A stretch of DNA of 64,000 nt from Candidatus Micrarchaeota archaeon (lineage in GTDB: Archaea; Micrarchaeota; Micrarchaeia; Anstonellales; Anstonellaceae). This document shows, piece by piece, positions 38,015-47,907 of this stretch. Within the stretch, counting starts at the first letter, position 1. Each line of letters starts with the position of its first letter. Made by a program: the position numbers and the translations under genes. The stretch spans positions 25,439 through 89,438 of the forward strand of contig JAPLWX010000040.1 in NCBI GenBank assembly GCA_026396415.1, given 5' to 3'. Below the pieces are notes generated by a model, which saw only the letters and a list, made by a program, of their open reading frames with translations, was not told the DNA's origin and did not search any database.

Positions 38015-38193
38015 GGGCTATCTCCCGTGCTTTCGCTCCTTGCGCAATAGGAAATCCGCTGAAATTTATAAACATGCCCTCATGCCCGCGCCCTCAATAA
38101 AGCAGCCCGAAAAGGAAAAGCGGCACTGGCATTTTATTTTGCCTAAGCGTTACATTTTTGTAACGATAAGGAAATCGCTCGTGGCGCGCGCTG

Positions 38194-39369
38194 TCAGACC
38201 GGGTTCACCGCGGTGATTCTCATTATCCTGCTGCCGGCAGCCTCAAAGTCCACGCTCACGTTCATGGCGGTGACGTTCTCCTTCGGCGCGCCCGCGCCCT
38301 CTATGAGAAGCTCAATCCCGTTGGCGGACCCGATGTACTGCTTTCCGCCATTCTCAAGCACGGATGGCAGCATTATCCTCGCAGTCCATGCCTCGCTGAT
38401 TTCCGCGCTCATGTTCTGCGCCCGAAGCTCACCGAGAAGCGCCTGCGCGCTTCCGTTGGCGGAATCATTCGCAAACGTGGCAACCGAATCAGGGAACACT
38501 GCGGCGTATCCCTTCTGGAGCAAGGCCAGCCCCAGCGTCTCGCTGTCCGTGAAGTTGTTATCCACGCTTACGATGCCGGGCTGCGTGCCGGTCACGTAGG
38601 ATTTGCCAGCAAGCGCGGCGTCAAGCGCCTCCTTGCTCGCGTTTGCGACGTAGGCAAAAGACCTCTCCTTGTAGGTGGCATTCGCCGCAAGCACAAGCGG
38701 CCTTGCAGCCGCCCTGTCCTTGAACGCCACCCCCAGCATGTAAGTGGCGGAAGGCTGCAAGGAAAGCCTCGCCTCGACCATCACGCCCCTGACTGCAAGC
38801 GGCATTATCGTCACCGAGCCCATGCCTGTCACCTGCCCATCGTCCACGCGCGCTGCAAACTGCGCCTCGTGCGTGGAGCCTTCGTCGTAAACCGGGCGTA
38901 TCTGCATGCTTATGCTCGTGCCTTGCGCATCCACAGATTTCCCGCTCGTGTCGCTGACCCTCACAATATCCGAAGTGGCCAGGTAGGCAGTGGCGGTCAC
39001 CGTGGCGTTCACATCCTCGAATTCCAATGCCGCCGAAGGCACGTCCTTCGAGCTTTTCAGGCTCACCACCAGATTGTCCCCGCTCCAGACCGCGTACGTC
39101 GCTACTCCGCTGGAAACAAGCATGTCCTTCACTTTCTCAATCCCGCTTGCGTTCCCGGAAACGACAAGATAGGGCTCATACCTCACAATGGTGATGTTCG
39201 CAACCGCGTTCCCGGTAAAGCTTACCGCGGATGAGTTGCCCCCGTCCCCCGCGCCAGCCGCGCTCCTGCTGCCTGCGGACTGGAGCATGCCTATGGCAAA
39301 CGGCTCGATGATGAAAAGCACCACTATCCCGACCGCGAATATTGCAATATACAGCGTTTTCTTGTCCAT
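38194..39369 (-). CDS. membrane-anchored extracytoplasmic hypothetical protein
   Basis: N-terminal TM helix (LYIAIFAVGIVVLFIIEPFAIGML) followed by a beta-rich Ala/Ser/Val sequence. Confidence 0.6.
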   Translation of the reverse strand: MDKKTLYIAIFAVGIVVLFIIEPFAIGMLQSAGSRSAAGAGDGGNSSAVSFTGNAVANITIVRYEPYLVVSGNASGIEKVKDMLVSSGVATYAVWSGDNLVVSLKSSKDVPSAALEFEDVNATVTATAYLATSDIVRVSDTSGKSVDAQGTSISMQIRPVYDEGSTHEAQFAARVDDGQVTGMGSVTIMPLAVRGVMVEARLSLQPSATYMLGVAFKDRAAARPLVLAANATYKERSFAYVANASKEALDAALAGKSYVTGTQPGIVSVDNNFTDSETLGLALLQKGYAAVFPDSVATFANDSANGSAQALLGELRAQNMSAEISEAWTARIMLPSVLENGGKQYIGSANGIELLIEGAGAPKENVTAMNVSVDFEAAGSRIMRITAVNPV

Positions 39370-39440
39370 GCGCTCACTTCCAGGGGTAATCTGTACATTA
39401 GCTTAAAAAACAGTTCCGTTTTCATATGTGCGGCGAAAAC

Positions 39441-40079
39441 ATGGCAAATGCGAAAAAAGGCGACCTGGTGAAGCTGGAATACACGGGCAGGCTCGCAAAG
39501 ACCGGGCAGGTGTTTGACACCACGGACGAGTCCATTGCGAAAAAAGCCGGCATCTGGGAATCCTCCTCCGCCTACGGGCCCAAGCACGCGCTGTTCGGGA
39601 GCGGCGCCATCATCCCGGGCATGGAGGAGGCCGTCCTGCAGTGCCAACTCGGGAAAACCGAGGACTTTGCCATTGAGCCGAAAAAGGCATTCGGCGAGCG
39701 CGACAACGCGCTCGTGCGCATGATTGCGGAAAAGGAGTTCCGCAAGCAGCAAGTCCAGCCGCAGCCCGGCATGATGGTGACTTTGGACGGTGCCATCGCG
39801 CGCGTGAAATCCGTGACCTCGGGGCGTGTGGTCATCGACTACAACCACCCCCTCGCAGGCGAGCAGGTCGTCTACTCCATAAAAGTCCACGAAATAATCA
39901 CGGACGACAGGAAGAAAATAGAGGCAATACTCTCCTCAAACGCGCTGAGCGGCGACATCTCGCAAGGAGCGGGCGGCAAGCTCATGGTCACATTGAAAGG
40001 CGCGCCCCCTGAAAAGGCCGAAGCCGCGCGCCGCACCATCTCGGCGGTGGTGCCCGGCACCGAAGTGAAATCAGCCTGA
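39441..40079 (+). CDS. FKBP-type peptidyl-prolyl cis-trans isomerase (SlyD-like, with IF insert)
   Basis: KKGDLVKLEYTGRL..GQVFDTT and PGMEEAVL motifs. The ORF is open from 39426. Confidence 0.85.
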   Translation: MANAKKGDLVKLEYTGRLAKTGQVFDTTDESIAKKAGIWESSSAYGPKHALFGSGAIIPGMEEAVLQCQLGKTEDFAIEPKKAFGERDNALVRMIAEKEFRKQQVQPQPGMMVTLDGAIARVKSVTSGRVVIDYNHPLAGEQVVYSIKVHEIITDDRKKIEAILSSNALSGDISQGAGGKLMVTLKGAPPEKAEAARRTISAVVPGTEVKSA

Positions 40080-40101
40080 TTTTATCCGCCTTTTTAGCCT
40101 C

Positions 40102-40156
40102 GGCACGCTCACCGTGCGTGCCAAGCAAAAATAAAAAAATAAGAAAAAGAAAAAAG
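40102..40156. terminator. bidirectional terminator: hairpin plus long A/T tract
   Basis: ggcacgc-N7-gcgtgcc hairpin (40102-40122), then an A-rich run that reads as oligo-T on the minus strand, directly after the last cluster gene. Confidence 0.5.
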
Positions 40157-40516
40157 CTACTTCTTCTGCGGCACGGCTTTCTTGGCGCCAAGCTCCTCAT
40201 TTATTGCATCGAGCCTTGCCTGCTCTTTTATTGCCGAGATCTTTGTAGTGGCGCATGCCGCGACGTAGCTCCCGTAGACTTCCTGCAGGTCAATGAGAAT
40301 AGCCGTCCTCTCCCCTCTTTTTGTGGTGTCTGAGAGCTGCGCCTCCAGCTTATGGATGGCTTCCTTCATTTTGCTGCATGCAGGCGCAAGCATGTATTTG
40401 TCATTGGTCTTCCACAGGCTCATCCCCACCATGTACGTGTTGAACCATTCAGTCCTCTCGCCACCCTGCCCAGCTGGCGATGAGGGGTTTTTCTTTTCCT
40501 CGCTCATTGCTTGCAT
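40157..40516 (-). CDS. cluster protein B7, small helical hypothetical protein
   Basis: 119-aa ORF. An internal ATG at 40507 forms an ATGA overlap with the upstream stop. Confidence 0.55.
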   Translation of the reverse strand: MQAMSEEKKNPSSPAGQGGERTEWFNTYMVGMSLWKTNDKYMLAPACSKMKEAIHKLEAQLSDTTKRGERTAILIDLQEVYGSYVAACATTKISAIKEQARLDAINEELGAKKAVPQKK

Positions 40517-41541
40517 TGCATCCCCTCGATTATATCATGCACCCTGTCCTCTTTCCTTGCCTCAAAGAAGGATTTGGCGACCGCGGCCCCTGACTGGAGA
40601 ATTGCGTTCAGTGCAAGCGGAAGCCTGCCACGCGTGGCAAATCCCAGCACAAGCCCTGCAACCATGCCAATAATCGCCCCGTATCCGTGCGGGAGAAAGG
40701 GAACGGCAAAGTAGCCAGCGCCTGCGCACAAGGCTGCCAATTCAACATAGCCCGTCTCAACCTCTGCCCTGTTCTTGGAAGTGCAAAGCTCCGCGGTTCT
40801 TCCCAGCCTCCTTTGCAATTCCTTTCTGAATGCTTCGGCAAAGCCATTGGTTTCCACAAGGCATATCCTGATGGGCGCTGCAACCGAATTCGGCGCAGCC
40901 ATGCTCGTGCACTTGATGTCGCCTCGCCCGCAGTTGATTTGCCAGCTGTAATCCGTCCTGTCCCCGGTGCCCAGCATAGAGTTCTTTATCAACCGGGCAA
41001 CATAGCTTGACAGGGCATTGATATCTTGCCTGTTTTCAGGCATTTTCAGCTCTTTCCTATGGTAAACAAACTGCGCCAGCCCGTTTTCGATTGCTGCCCT
41101 GACCATGAGGGAGGCGATTTTCCTGTCGTACTCAGGCGCAAACAATATGGAATACCTGACTATCATGTCAAGGTCAAACAGGTCATACTTGCTGGAATTT
41201 CTTGCCACTGACCTAAAGAACTTTTTATTGCCCCCGTATCTGAAAGAGTCGAGGATCGTCGCCATTTCATCGTCAGAAATCCGCTCCATCCTCGCATTCT
41301 TGCCCGGCATTTCCTTCATCACCGGCTCGATTGGGCCGGACTGATGGCGCCACTTGGAGACCACAGACGCAGCATTCACTGGGGACTGACTTATGCCGCT
41401 TGCAATGGTTTTCTTTTCCTTCAGCATGTTTCCCAGCCCTTCAATCTTTTTTCGAGGCTTACTCGAACCACTTTCTGAGCCACTGCCACCTGCCTCCTGC
41501 CTTGCCTTCCTTGCCAACGCCTGGCTCAACAGCGACTTCAT
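40504..41541 (-). CDS. cluster protein B6, motif-bearing protein with C-terminal TM hairpin
   Basis: Shared N-terminal motif at residues 61-100 (VSKWRHQSGPIEPVMKEMPGKNARMERISDDEM). Hydrophobic C-terminal segment GYFAVPFLPHGYGAIIGMVAGLVLGF. An alternative start is ATG 41427. Confidence 0.6.
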   Translation of the reverse strand: MKSLLSQALARKARQEAGGSGSESGSSKPRKKIEGLGNMLKEKKTIASGISQSPVNAASVVSKWRHQSGPIEPVMKEMPGKNARMERISDDEMATILDSFRYGGNKKFFRSVARNSSKYDLFDLDMIVRYSILFAPEYDRKIASLMVRAAIENGLAQFVYHRKELKMPENRQDINALSSYVARLIKNSMLGTGDRTDYSWQINCGRGDIKCTSMAAPNSVAAPIRICLVETNGFAEAFRKELQRRLGRTAELCTSKNRAEVETGYVELAALCAGAGYFAVPFLPHGYGAIIGMVAGLVLGFATRGRLPLALNAILQSGAAVAKSFFEARKEDRVHDIIEGMQCKQ

Positions 41542-42823
41542 CAGGATTTATCTCGATATCCAGCGCATCATTTATGGCTGCGGGAGGCGGGATTTTCTCA
41601 TGTTTCACTTCCCACCCTGCCTCTGCTCCGAGTTGTTCCTGTTTTTCAGGGGGGATGAGCTTCAGCGCATCCTTTGCGGATTTCACATCGCGGCTGTTCC
41701 CTGACTTTGCGGCAGATGCGAATTCCACAAGCGCGATTTTCCAAAGCTCCTCCTTCTCCTGGCTTTCAGGCACTGACACGAGCGCGGCTATTGCCTCATC
41801 GATTGGCACTGCTGAAGACTCAAGCGCGGCTTTGGCAAAAGGTGGCATCCTCTCCGGGCGGACAAAAGGCAGCGCCTCCCTAGCCTTGAGAATCATTTTC
41901 TCCTCAGACCGGAGCATTTTGCAGAATGCGGAATGCATCCGGTTCCAAATGAAATTCATGCGGTTGCCGTCCTCCACCTCGCGCATGAGCTCCATCTCTT
42001 CCTTGCTGACCTTTTCCATAGGATTTTCCTTGAGCGCGTTCTGCAGGATGTTCAGCACGCCCTGCACCGTGTCGTTTCCTAACTCATTGGCAGCATGGAT
42101 GCAGGGAATCGCGAACTTCGGGCAGCCGATTTTTGCAATGTGATAAATGATTCCCGCAGGCGCGCCGTTGTTCAGAGAGGCACGCGCCATCTCATCCCAG
42201 CTTTCCTCATGCCTTTTTTTATGGCGGATTTCAAAGTCATTATTCTTTGCACTGGAATCCTTGAGCTTTTTCGAACTCTCGCCTATCCAATATCGAACCC
42301 GCTTCATGTTTTCAAGCAAGGCATCCAGCAATTCAGGCCTTGAAAGCGCATTTGCGCCCGTGAAAATATCTTCCGTATTTGAATAGCTCAGGCACCATCC
42401 TACCTGCAAATCAGCCTCGAGGGACGTTGCCGTACGGCGCGCAACTTCCATTAAGTCGGGGCGGACTGGGAGGTTGGGGGAAAGGACGCCAAGCAGCGTG
42501 CATTTCCACCCTGCGCCTTCAGCATATTTTTTGCTTCCCATGACAGCAACAGCCAGCTCCTCTATGTCCTTTGCGTTGATGTTGCCTCCTTCCCTGATGA
42601 CTTTGATGATGGCTTTCAGCCCGTCATCACTGCCGGCCTGCCTTACCAGCGCGTCAATCTCCCTTCTTGCGAGGCGCACAATCTCGATTTTCTGCACAGG
42701 CTCCTCCTTCTTTATGGGCTCCTGCCCGCCCCTCCGTCTCTTCCATGGGTTCCCGCTTCTTTGAATATCCTGCGGGCTGCCCACTGTGACATTCACAATC
42801 TCTTTCTTTTTTGGCTCAGGCAT
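41459..42823 (-). CDS. cluster protein B5, motif-bearing helical protein
   Basis: 454 aa. Shared motif at residues 24-63 (GNPWKRRRGGQEPIKKEEPVQKIEIVRLARREID). TGATG overlap with the rSAM gene. Confidence 0.6.
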   Translation of the reverse strand: MPEPKKKEIVNVTVGSPQDIQRSGNPWKRRRGGQEPIKKEEPVQKIEIVRLARREIDALVRQAGSDDGLKAIIKVIREGGNINAKDIEELAVAVMGSKKYAEGAGWKCTLLGVLSPNLPVRPDLMEVARRTATSLEADLQVGWCLSYSNTEDIFTGANALSRPELLDALLENMKRVRYWIGESSKKLKDSSAKNNDFEIRHKKRHEESWDEMARASLNNGAPAGIIYHIAKIGCPKFAIPCIHAANELGNDTVQGVLNILQNALKENPMEKVSKEEMELMREVEDGNRMNFIWNRMHSAFCKMLRSEEKMILKAREALPFVRPERMPPFAKAALESSAVPIDEAIAALVSVPESQEKEELWKIALVEFASAAKSGNSRDVKSAKDALKLIPPEKQEQLGAEAGWEVKHEKIPPPAAINDALDIEINPDEVAVEPGVGKEGKAGGRWQWLRKWFE

Positions 42824-43647
42824 CAGTTTCCCCTCATGTACTCGCAGGTGCGCGCATTCCCGCCCGCATCATAATGGATTGACGTGCCGTTCAATCCCGG
42901 GCATCCGCCCTGCTGCAGCGTTATCCCGTAGCTTGCAGAAAGAACCGGGCAGCCGGTGAATTTTCCCTTTGCCCCAAAAAAATCAGCCCCGTACGCGGCC
43001 GCATACACCAAAACCGAATCAATCTTGCCCGGAGCCAGCACAGTTGCATTTCCCCCGCCAACCGGGATATAGGGCGCTATGCCGAGCTTCAGCCCGAGCT
43101 TTTCGGAAAGCTCCACAATTCCCTTCAGCCCGCCCAGATTCTCAGCGCAAATTGTCGTGCGCAGCCAAAGCGATTCCCTGCCCAGCCTCTCCGCAAGGTG
43201 CTGCACATTGGCAAGCACGGCGTCCCATGCGTTGTTGCCTGTGAATTTTTCGTATCCAGCCGCGTCGGCAGATGGGATGTGCACCTGCAGCCTCCATTTC
43301 CCCCCATTCGCTGCAAGCGCCTGCACCACGTCCTCGCGCCACACAGTGGCGCTTGTGGAAATGTCAGCCATGATTCCCCTGGCAAAGCAGAGGTTGATCA
43401 TTTTCACTATATCCGGGTTGCACCAAGGCTCCCCCCCTTCCATTGCCGCGCTTTCAAGACTTGGATGGCTGCGAATTATCTTCTCGAATGCCGGAAAGCC
43501 AAGCATCCTCATGAGCGGCTTGGCATCGGTCCTCGAGCAGATGATGCACCTGTTGGGGCAAAAGTCGGTTATGTCCACTGTCGCCCTCCTGGCTTTGGAT
43601 GCGCCCGCTTCCGCAGCAGGAAAAGTGCACGCGCTTGTGCTGCCCAT
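42823..43647 (-). CDS. cluster protein B4, radical SAM enzyme (small, with C-terminal Cys triad)
   Basis: CX3CX2C motif in DFCPNRCIICS (43537-43560). GGEP SAM-binding motif. C-terminal GCPV..GGCPG..RTCEY. ATG 43647 overlaps the upstream stop (TGATG), and a GTG lies at 43650. Confidence 0.8.
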   Translation of the reverse strand: MGSTSACTFPAAEAGASKARRATVDITDFCPNRCIICSRTDAKPLMRMLGFPAFEKIIRSHPSLESAAMEGGEPWCNPDIVKMINLCFARGIMADISTSATVWREDVVQALAANGGKWRLQVHIPSADAAGYEKFTGNNAWDAVLANVQHLAERLGRESLWLRTTICAENLGGLKGIVELSEKLGLKLGIAPYIPVGGGNATVLAPGKIDSVLVYAAAYGADFFGAKGKFTGCPVLSASYGITLQQGGCPGLNGTSIHYDAGGNARTCEYMRGN

Positions 43648-45227
43648 CACTTTCCACCCCAGTCAGGCTCGCTCTCGTTCGCGCAGAAAACAGTCTCCCC
43701 TTGTTCCACCGTGGTGGTTGCGAAGTGCACGTAGTGCGCCTTCTTCTCCTCAGCCACCTTCATGCCGAATTCCATGGTCCTGTCCTTGTCCCCGTGGAGC
43801 TCGGCAATCCCCTTGGCAATCTCGACTATATCGCGCTCGCTTGTCTGGCTCTTGCCCATCTCAGCGCTTGTGGGAAGGAAAAGCCCGAATGTCACGGCAT
43901 AGCTTCCGTCCTTGCCCTCTATCACCACGTTTATGCGCTCTGTGAAGCCAAGCGACACGCAGTCGAACCTGCAGTAAGCCCCGTCCACGCCTGTCAGGCT
44001 GCCAGCCTCCTCGAGGTTCCTCTGCCTGAAGGCAAACTGGTCAAGCGCGCTTGGGAAAACAAGCTCGTGCCTGTTGCCGGTGGGCATGCGCACCGCCATG
44101 TTCTCATACAGGGGTATGCTCTCTCTCACAACTGTTGGATCTCCACGTAGAAAATGCCCTGGATTTAGCGCGTCGGGCATAGCGGGCTTCTCCGGCCCTA
44201 GGCGTATAATTTCACCCGCCGTCCCGATTACCTTTCTGCTCTCAACTCCCCCCAGCCTTGCGCCGAATTCCTTTGCAAGCTTGGTGTAATCGCACACTCC
44301 TGGCAGCTCGAACTCCACGAAGAAATAGCCGAGCTTGGCTGCCGCTGCAAGAAGGCTTTTCACCTCCCTGATGCCCTTGGCCGGTCCCCCTTCTTCGTCA
44401 GCCCTGGCGGGTTCCCTGTCGTCGTCAGGGTACCACCACTCGGAGTCTACCTTGAGCGTAATCCTGTCCGTGCTTGGCACAATCACGAGGTTGGCGTTTC
44501 CGGTTTCCCCGCGCAGCAGGTCGCCGGTTACTTCCTCATACCTTGCTTCATAGCCGTTCTCCCATTTGCTCACGCAGCAAGCGGACCATTCCCCTCCATC
44601 CTTTGCTATGTGCAGGGTGATGGTTTCCCCCGCAGCCATCTTTTTCACCCTTTCAACAGCAGCCTTGTCCAATTTTGGCTCGAATTCCTTCAGCTTCCTG
44701 ATGAACCCGTCAGCGCCCGCCTCGGGCGGAAACAGCGTCGGCTCAGGCAGGTAAAGCCCGCCATAGGCAGGCTGCAGGAAGGAGTCGTTCATCCTCTCCT
44801 GCTGCTCTGTCTCGAACCTGACTTTTAGTCCCTGGAAAATATGGAAAACGTCCTGCTGCCCTGAAAAGCCGCCGTGCAGCTGGTGCATGGCAATGAGGCG
44901 CAGCACAGTGAGCAGCTCCTTGCCGTCGTCCCTCCCTAGCCACATGTCGGTCTGAGATGTATCAAATCCCCGAAGCGCAGGCTCGTCCACAAGCGGGCCT
45001 GAAAGCGCTTTTCCCAGCCTTTCAATGAGCGGGCGCGAGACCGCGGGCATTTCCACAGCCTCGCCAAGCGAGGCGGTCTCGGCTGCAAACAGCCTGTACC
45101 TTTTCGACTCGCCGTTACCTATCCTGCAATCGGAAAGGCTCTGCTTGCGGACGCCGCGCATGCGCCCCACCACGCCGGCAAGCTCGCCCCTCAGCTGGTT
45201 CGTGGTCCAAGTGGATGAATATGCCAT
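43647..45227 (-). CDS. cluster protein B3, 526-aa ORFan
   Basis: Long ORF, 1 nt after the upstream stop. Mixed alpha/beta composition. No motif recognised. Confidence 0.6.
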   Translation of the reverse strand: MAYSSTWTTNQLRGELAGVVGRMRGVRKQSLSDCRIGNGESKRYRLFAAETASLGEAVEMPAVSRPLIERLGKALSGPLVDEPALRGFDTSQTDMWLGRDDGKELLTVLRLIAMHQLHGGFSGQQDVFHIFQGLKVRFETEQQERMNDSFLQPAYGGLYLPEPTLFPPEAGADGFIRKLKEFEPKLDKAAVERVKKMAAGETITLHIAKDGGEWSACCVSKWENGYEARYEEVTGDLLRGETGNANLVIVPSTDRITLKVDSEWWYPDDDREPARADEEGGPAKGIREVKSLLAAAAKLGYFFVEFELPGVCDYTKLAKEFGARLGGVESRKVIGTAGEIIRLGPEKPAMPDALNPGHFLRGDPTVVRESIPLYENMAVRMPTGNRHELVFPSALDQFAFRQRNLEEAGSLTGVDGAYCRFDCVSLGFTERINVVIEGKDGSYAVTFGLFLPTSAEMGKSQTSERDIVEIAKGIAELHGDKDRTMEFGMKVAEEKKAHYVHFATTTVEQGETVFCANESEPDWGGK

Positions 45228-45228
45228 T

Positions 45229-46290
45229 TCACCAACCTGCCTTCGAATCCGGGTTCAGCTTGGGTATCACGGGCAGCCTGTCCAGCGGGTTCTCCACGTA
45301 GCTGAGATTGATGCGCTGCACCACCGCGTTCCTCTCGTCAAGGTCAAGCGGGCCCTTCCTCTTCTTCTCTATCTCGCCAAACACGTTGTCAAGCGACTTT
45401 TCCACGTCAGGCATGCGCCTTAGCCTCTCCTCGCGAATCTCCTGCGAGGTATCCACGCTCGTTCCCATAGGCACCGAAACATCCTTCGGCTCCTTGTGGC
45501 TTCCCATATCGCACATCATACTTTTCGTCTCCAGCCTCACAGTGGGCTTGAGTATGGTCTTGGTCACATTGCGGTTCATGAAGTCTTCGCCCTCGTCAGG
45601 TTTCTCCTTCCCAAGTTCTTTCTGCACAATCTCGCTGGCTTGCCTGAAGGCATCAGCAGTGTCTTTGTTTGCTAAAAGCACCCGCCCACCACCAATGTCA
45701 TGCATAAGCATGTCATCTGGCAAACCAGAGTCGCCCTCCTCGGCTATAATGCTGTTCGTTGTCTCATTCACCGTGATGGTCGTGTCGTCGAGGTTCAGCT
45801 CCACTATCTCGCAAAGCTGCTTGCCCGTCATTTTCGATGCCGTTATCCTCATCAGCCTCCTGACCTCAGGGTCGTCGAGGAAAAGATCCTTGGAATGCCC
45901 TTTGTCCGTGGCTACTATGCAGGCATGCACCTCGTACGAGCGGTGGATGAGCGCGGAAAGTATGCTGGCAGGCACGTCCAGCCCCTCCCCGAGGTTCACG
46001 GTCTCAAGCCCTGTCGCAATCTCCTTGTTGAAGAATTCTGTGAGCGCCTTCATCACCTGCAGCGCGTCCATTCCCTGCTCTCCCGGGTTGTGGATTGCGG
46101 CAACGAGGAATTTCGGCACCAGGAGGGTTTTTGTCTCAAGGGTGCCGTCGCCCCTCCTGTAGGTGCACGTCCACTCCCTCATGTTCGGGTCAAGCAGCCT
46201 CTCCTGCAGGGCAGGCATTTGCCTCTGCGCCACCTGCGGGACTTTTTGGTTGCCCAACGCGTTTGCCTGGTTGAATGCCATCAAATCCAC
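45229..46290 (-). CDS. cluster protein B2, 353-aa ORFan
   Basis: Starts at GTG 46290 or at ATG 46281 (preceded by GGTGGA), 4-13 nt after the ATPase stop. No motif recognised. Confidence 0.6.
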   Translation of the reverse strand: MDLMAFNQANALGNQKVPQVAQRQMPALQERLLDPNMREWTCTYRRGDGTLETKTLLVPKFLVAAIHNPGEQGMDALQVMKALTEFFNKEIATGLETVNLGEGLDVPASILSALIHRSYEVHACIVATDKGHSKDLFLDDPEVRRLMRITASKMTGKQLCEIVELNLDDTTITVNETTNSIIAEEGDSGLPDDMLMHDIGGGRVLLANKDTADAFRQASEIVQKELGKEKPDEGEDFMNRNVTKTILKPTVRLETKSMMCDMGSHKEPKDVSVPMGTSVDTSQEIREERLRRMPDVEKSLDNVFGEIEKKRKGPLDLDERNAVVQRINLSYVENPLDRLPVIPKLNPDSKAGW

Positions 46291-46294
46291 CGTT

Positions 46295-47857
46295 CTATCC
46301 TTTTTTCTTGTATTCCCGAATCACTTTGTACGATTCAAGGTCGTCGCCGACGCGATTTCTGATGTCGTCCCATGCGTAAGTGTCTGCCGGAGGCTTCTTT
46401 TTCATGAGCGTGTCCTTGAGCAATTCGGTCGTGACGGGCATCCCTTCATCCACAATGTCCCTAATTGCATCCTCTATCATGCGGGGGTTCACGCTCTTCT
46501 CATTCACGTACTTCATCAGCTCACTCAGGTCGACCTCGTGCCCCTTGGGCAGCTTGCTTGCGATTATGAGCTTCATGTCCTCCGGGCCGGCTTTCCCTAT
46601 GAACGCCTTCTTGAACCGGTTCAGGATTGCAGGGTCCCATCTCGATGGGTCGTTTGCGCACAATACGAACATCACGCCCGGGATCCTCTCCGAAGTCTCG
46701 GCCTTGAGCACTGACAGCCACTCGCTGCTGTACGGGCTGTCGGGGTTCAGCACACCATCCGCTTCGTCAAGTGAGAGGATGCACTTTGCCGCGTTCCTCG
46801 CGCTCTGGATGACGTTCCGCACCGCCTTTCCAGATTCGCCCTGCCACATGCTTATCAGGTGCGATGTGTTGACATTGATCAGGTTGAAGCCGAACTCGTG
46901 CGCCACTGCCTCCAGAAGCTTGCTCTTGCCATAGCTTGACGGGCCGTAAAGCACCAGCAGCGATCCTGCGTCAATCCTTGCAGCACGCCCGCAGAGCAGT
47001 TCCTTTGCAGGCTGGATGTATTCGCCCACCAAGGACTCAAGCTCGGTCCTCGGCTCTATGAAAGGCATGTCGCGGATTGCGGATGCGCGCAGCCACGACT
47101 TTGCCCTGTCAACATCGACTTTCTCCACTTTCGAAGATTTCCGCATGTCTGCCATGAAGGTGGCGGTCTGGATTATGCCGAACAGGTCGCCCGGCACATA
47201 GCCGTATGTTATTTCGGCTGCATACTTGCGCGTGTTCTCGTTCCATTCGAATTTCTTTATTTCCGCGCCCTCCACTATGGCGTTTATCATCTCGTACCTT
47301 TCAGCCTTTGTGGGCGGGATGAATTCGATGTTTATCGTGATTCTTGGCGGGCTGTTCAGCGCCTCGTCAAGCATGCCTTCCTCGTTTGTCGTGAAACAGG
47401 GGAAAAGCCCAAGGTTTTCCTTGCTCTGCGTTTGCCCGAGCAGCGATGCCAGAATTGCCCGGTTGGACTGGTTGACAGAGCCCTCGCTTCTCTTGCCCAG
47501 GTATTCTATGTCGTCAAAAAAAGGCATTGCAGTCGTGCCGCCATGTTCCTTCACATACTTGCGGGCGTCGGTCATCACCTGGACAATTGCCTCTGGGGAC
47601 TCCAGCACAGGCATTTCCCACAAAAGCGAGCCTGTTTCCTGCGCAATATACCTTACGAATTCAGTCTTGCCTGTCCTGGGCAGGCCCTTGCATAGCGTGC
47701 CGAATGTGCCGAGCTTGCCGTAGTTGCCATAATGGGTTATGGCGCTTTTTAGAAAATCAGCCTTCTCCTGAAGCCTCGGAGGGAGGAATATCCTGACTCC
47801 GGATATTTTTTTCGGCTCGATTTTGACGCTTCCGGAGCTCATGCCCGTATTCAACAT
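46295..47857 (-). CDS. cluster protein B1, double-domain classical AAA+ ATPase (Cdc48-like, no N-domain)
   Basis: D1 has GLPRTGKT and FFDDIE. D2 has GPSSYGKS, ILSLDEAD and the SRH-like NDPSRWDPAILNRF. GGGGGA Shine-Dalgarno-like (SD-like) element 5 nt upstream of ATG 47857. Confidence 0.85.
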   Translation of the reverse strand: MLNTGMSSGSVKIEPKKISGVRIFLPPRLQEKADFLKSAITHYGNYGKLGTFGTLCKGLPRTGKTEFVRYIAQETGSLLWEMPVLESPEAIVQVMTDARKYVKEHGGTTAMPFFDDIEYLGKRSEGSVNQSNRAILASLLGQTQSKENLGLFPCFTTNEEGMLDEALNSPPRITINIEFIPPTKAERYEMINAIVEGAEIKKFEWNENTRKYAAEITYGYVPGDLFGIIQTATFMADMRKSSKVEKVDVDRAKSWLRASAIRDMPFIEPRTELESLVGEYIQPAKELLCGRAARIDAGSLLVLYGPSSYGKSKLLEAVAHEFGFNLINVNTSHLISMWQGESGKAVRNVIQSARNAAKCILSLDEADGVLNPDSPYSSEWLSVLKAETSERIPGVMFVLCANDPSRWDPAILNRFKKAFIGKAGPEDMKLIIASKLPKGHEVDLSELMKYVNEKSVNPRMIEDAIRDIVDEGMPVTTELLKDTLMKKKPPADTYAWDDIRNRVGDDLESYKVIREYKKKG

Positions 47858-47907
47858 AATATCCCCCTATAGTGTCATTTCTAATAACATCCATTGCCCT
47901 CTTTTTA

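Noticed and set aside
38148-38165. Perfect 7-bp hairpin cgttaca-tttt-tgtaacg after the 38194 gene, considered as a terminator.
   Set aside because: The adjacent T-rich tract is on the wrong strand for the minus-strand gene it would terminate. It may be incidental.
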